64,000 nt of DNA. Source: a bacterium. GTDB lineage: Bacteria; Patescibacteriota; Minisyncoccia; Phycocordibacterales; UBA9973. Location: NCBI GenBank assembly GCA_037127795.1, contig JBAXXQ010000001.1, positions 515,687 through 579,686 on the forward strand. Direction: 5' to 3'. Below, piece by piece: positions 62,099 to 64,000 of the stretch. Every line of letters begins with the position of its first letter. Positions within the stretch are counted from its first letter, which is position 1. The notes under the pieces are model-generated. The model did not search any database, was not told the origin of the DNA, and saw only the letters and a list, made by a program, of their open reading frames with translations. A program made the position numbers and the translations under genes.

Positions 62099-63817
62099 TT
62101 ATTTATGAGAAAGATTTATTCTATACAAGAAATATGTATCATCGGTGGTAATAACTTTGGTAAATCTTTTATTATTATCAAGTACATAATTTAAATTACT
62201 GTACATTGATGCAGATACTATATAATTACTTTTAAAATCTGTACTAATAGTATCAGCAATACTATTACCCTGATCTAGTACCCATGCGTCTCGTAATTTT
62301 TTATTACCAAACGCTTTTGATTGTGCTTGTACAGTAGTAGGACAGTTTTCCGTGTCACATACATACCCACGTCCTATATTTTGCCAAAGCCAATATAGTC
62401 GAGGATCATATTTATATGTAAGCATTGGCTCAAGTCCTATCACGTAGTCTTGGTGTGGTGCATAATAATACAATTGTGAAAACCAACTCCAATCCATATC
62501 AAATACAATATCCCCTTTTTTGAGATTATCATTGAGATATCCACCTATAGCACTAAATTGCTCTGGTCTACTTCCCGATGTTGCAAAACTATCATATAGC
62601 TGCAGTAAACTATTACAGAAAAAGTACAAAAGAAATACAACCAATGCAGAACGTACTATATTTTTTATACTTGAATTTGTTGGTGAAAATAGCGCATAAA
62701 CATTACTTAATACGAGTACAATAAACACCCAACTAAAGAATATGAATACATCGGTAAATCTATTACTCATCAGTGGTATAGCAGTAATAAATACACAAGA
62801 CACCGCAAACAATACCAATAACAACACTTCCAAATCTTTTTTCTTATTATCAAAAGAAAATCTATTCTTTATATTTGACCAAAAAATTCGCACATAACAA
62901 ACAACAGAAAAAATAAATATACTACTCAATAATACATTTTGATTAATAAAATCAAAAAAGTTTTTTGGGTACACTTCGTTTCCTACACTAATATTTGGTT
63001 TATTTGCTGAAGTATGTAGCACTCCTGCCAACACATCAAAAAGATTTTCTTTTATACTAATAAAAAATCCTTTATCAATACACAATGTGAGCACTATTGC
63101 AGTACTAGTACCGAGTATTGCATACAAAAATTCTTTCCAAGGGAATACTTTATAATAGAAAAAATATGCAAAAAGATACACTATTGCAATAAGTACTGGG
63201 ACAAAGAATGTCGCAGTATGCCAAAACAATGGCAAAAATGCACACACAAATATCCAAAAATATTTTCTTTTGTGGAGTGCAATAGTAAACAATACTAATA
63301 TCACAGGAGAAAATACAAATGGCCGAGAAAGAAATATTCTATAAAAAGACCCGAACCCTAGTACAACAAAAAATCCTAATGCCCACAAAAATGGATACAA
63401 TATATGCATTTTTCTAAATACCACATAAAAAATAGTACCAATTAATGCAAGGATACATACTGCGTAGAATTTAATCCCGATATATAACGGCGTGATATAG
63501 GTAAAAGGAATAAGTACTGCATAAAACAAAAAGTTGTAATACAAAAAATGATCCCCACGCGCTATACCAGAAAAATAAATAGTTTTGAAACTGCGAAATG
63601 AGTGCCAAAATCCATTGTCGAGCAATTGTGATGCAAATCTAAAATGAAAGTAATGATCATCTCCCGAAGATAATTCTGGGATAGTCATATACATTACAGA
63701 AAAACAAGTCGCAAAAAAAGTAAAGACGAGTAAACTAGAAATAAAAGGAGATTTTTGTATTGTATCAACGACTGTTTTGTAGGCTGTTTTTATTCGGAAA
63801 ATATTCATATATATCAA
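62099..63817 (-). CDS. polytopic membrane protein, putative GT-C-fold glycosyltransferase (PMT/ArnT-like)
   Basis: About 12 TM helices followed by a soluble C-terminal domain; co-operonic with the GT2, GtrA and methyltransferase genes. Confidence 0.45.
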   Translation of the reverse strand: MIYMNIFRIKTAYKTVVDTIQKSPFISSLLVFTFFATCFSVMYMTIPELSSGDDHYFHFRFASQLLDNGFWHSFRSFKTIYFSGIARGDHFLYYNFLFYAVLIPFTYITPLYIGIKFYAVCILALIGTIFYVVFRKMHILYPFLWALGFFVVLGFGSFYRIFLSRPFVFSPVILVLFTIALHKRKYFWIFVCAFLPLFWHTATFFVPVLIAIVYLFAYFFYYKVFPWKEFLYAILGTSTAIVLTLCIDKGFFISIKENLFDVLAGVLHTSANKPNISVGNEVYPKNFFDFINQNVLLSSIFIFSVVCYVRIFWSNIKNRFSFDNKKKDLEVLLLVLFAVSCVFITAIPLMSNRFTDVFIFFSWVFIVLVLSNVYALFSPTNSSIKNIVRSALVVFLLYFFCNSLLQLYDSFATSGSRPEQFSAIGGYLNDNLKKGDIVFDMDWSWFSQLYYYAPHQDYVIGLEPMLTYKYDPRLYWLWQNIGRGYVCDTENCPTTVQAQSKAFGNKKLRDAWVLDQGNSIADTISTDFKSNYIVSASMYSNLNYVLDNNKRFTKVITTDDTYFLYRINLSHK

Positions 63818-63863
63818 TCATTCTTTCACATTTAGACGCTAATTGCAAACACGCTTTTAAAAA

Positions 63864-63893
63864 CACAAAAACCCCCTATTAAGGGGGTTTTTG
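63864..63893. terminator. bidirectional rho-independent terminator
   Basis: ACCCCCT-ATTA-AGGGGGT stem flanked by an A-run and a T-run. Confidence 0.7.
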
Positions 63894-63905
63894 AAGCTCT
63901 TAAGA

Positions 63906-64000
63906 TTAATTACAAGAATAATTACCAGTACTACTACCAATAGCAGAGTTTGATGCGTTAAAAGTACCAACTTTTGCTGCTCCTGTATAGTCAACACAGA
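63906..64000 (-). CDS. 3-prime end of a gene running off the window (C-terminus ...GSSTGNYSCN)
   Basis: Open minus-strand frame from the window edge to the TAA at 63908..63906. Confidence 0.3.
   Translation of the reverse strand, partial: CVDYTGAAKVGTFNASNSAIGSSTGNYSCN

Overview
This is a low-GC (about 35-40% by eye) bacterial chromosomal window on the standard genetic code; the long ORFs are intact, so there is no UGA recoding. It is gene-dense, with roughly 75 genes, mostly on the minus strand. Several genes begin with GTG, Shine-Dalgarno sequences are weak or absent, and almost every transcription unit ends in a clean GC-stem/T-run hairpin, many of them bidirectional. I interpret the organism as a small-genome CPR/Patescibacteria-like or similar lineage; this is inference, not an assignment.

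Core genes present:
- dnaG (5-prime partial), rpoC, rpoB
- rpsP, a KH-domain protein, and trmD, with no rimM between them
- RNase R, secG, RNase J, and an HtrA-family protease
- an HhH-GPD DNA glycosylase that lacks the Fe-S cysteines
- an ECF sigma factor with an overlapping membrane partner gene
- cspA, an ABC-F ATPase, and an M3 peptidase
- ftsX, ftsE, and prfB (RF2, with no frameshift site), then typA
- a DEAD-box helicase with an N-terminal Arg/Ser/Gly-rich (RGG-like) tail
- a NUDIX hydrolase, gatC-gatA, and ligA
- six tRNA genes: Gln, Thr x2, Asp, Met, fMet

Accessory or unusual content:
1. An ApbE flavin transferase lies next to a membrane-anchored FMN-binding protein carrying an SGAS flavinylation motif, and next to a DoxX protein.
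2. An AT-rich islet abuts the 3-prime end of tRNA-Gln. It carries a Hanks-type Ser/Thr kinase with an unknown C-terminal domain, a small Cys-containing secreted protein, a 45-aa basic mini-protein with its own promoter and terminator, and a perfect 16-bp inverted repeat.
3. A eukaryote-type arginine (phosphagen) kinase.
4. A protein that combines an RGG-repeat, a zinc ribbon and a histone-H1-like KAPV tail.
5. A 646-aa secreted protein with four tandem domain repeats of about 110 aa and a T9SS-like C-terminal sorting domain. It is flanked by three paralogous small lipoproteins.
6. A type IV pilus block (prepilin peptidase plus four pilin-like genes) sits next to a GT2, GT-C-like, GtrA and methyltransferase glycosylation cassette.

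No CRISPR array, integrase or transposase was seen.
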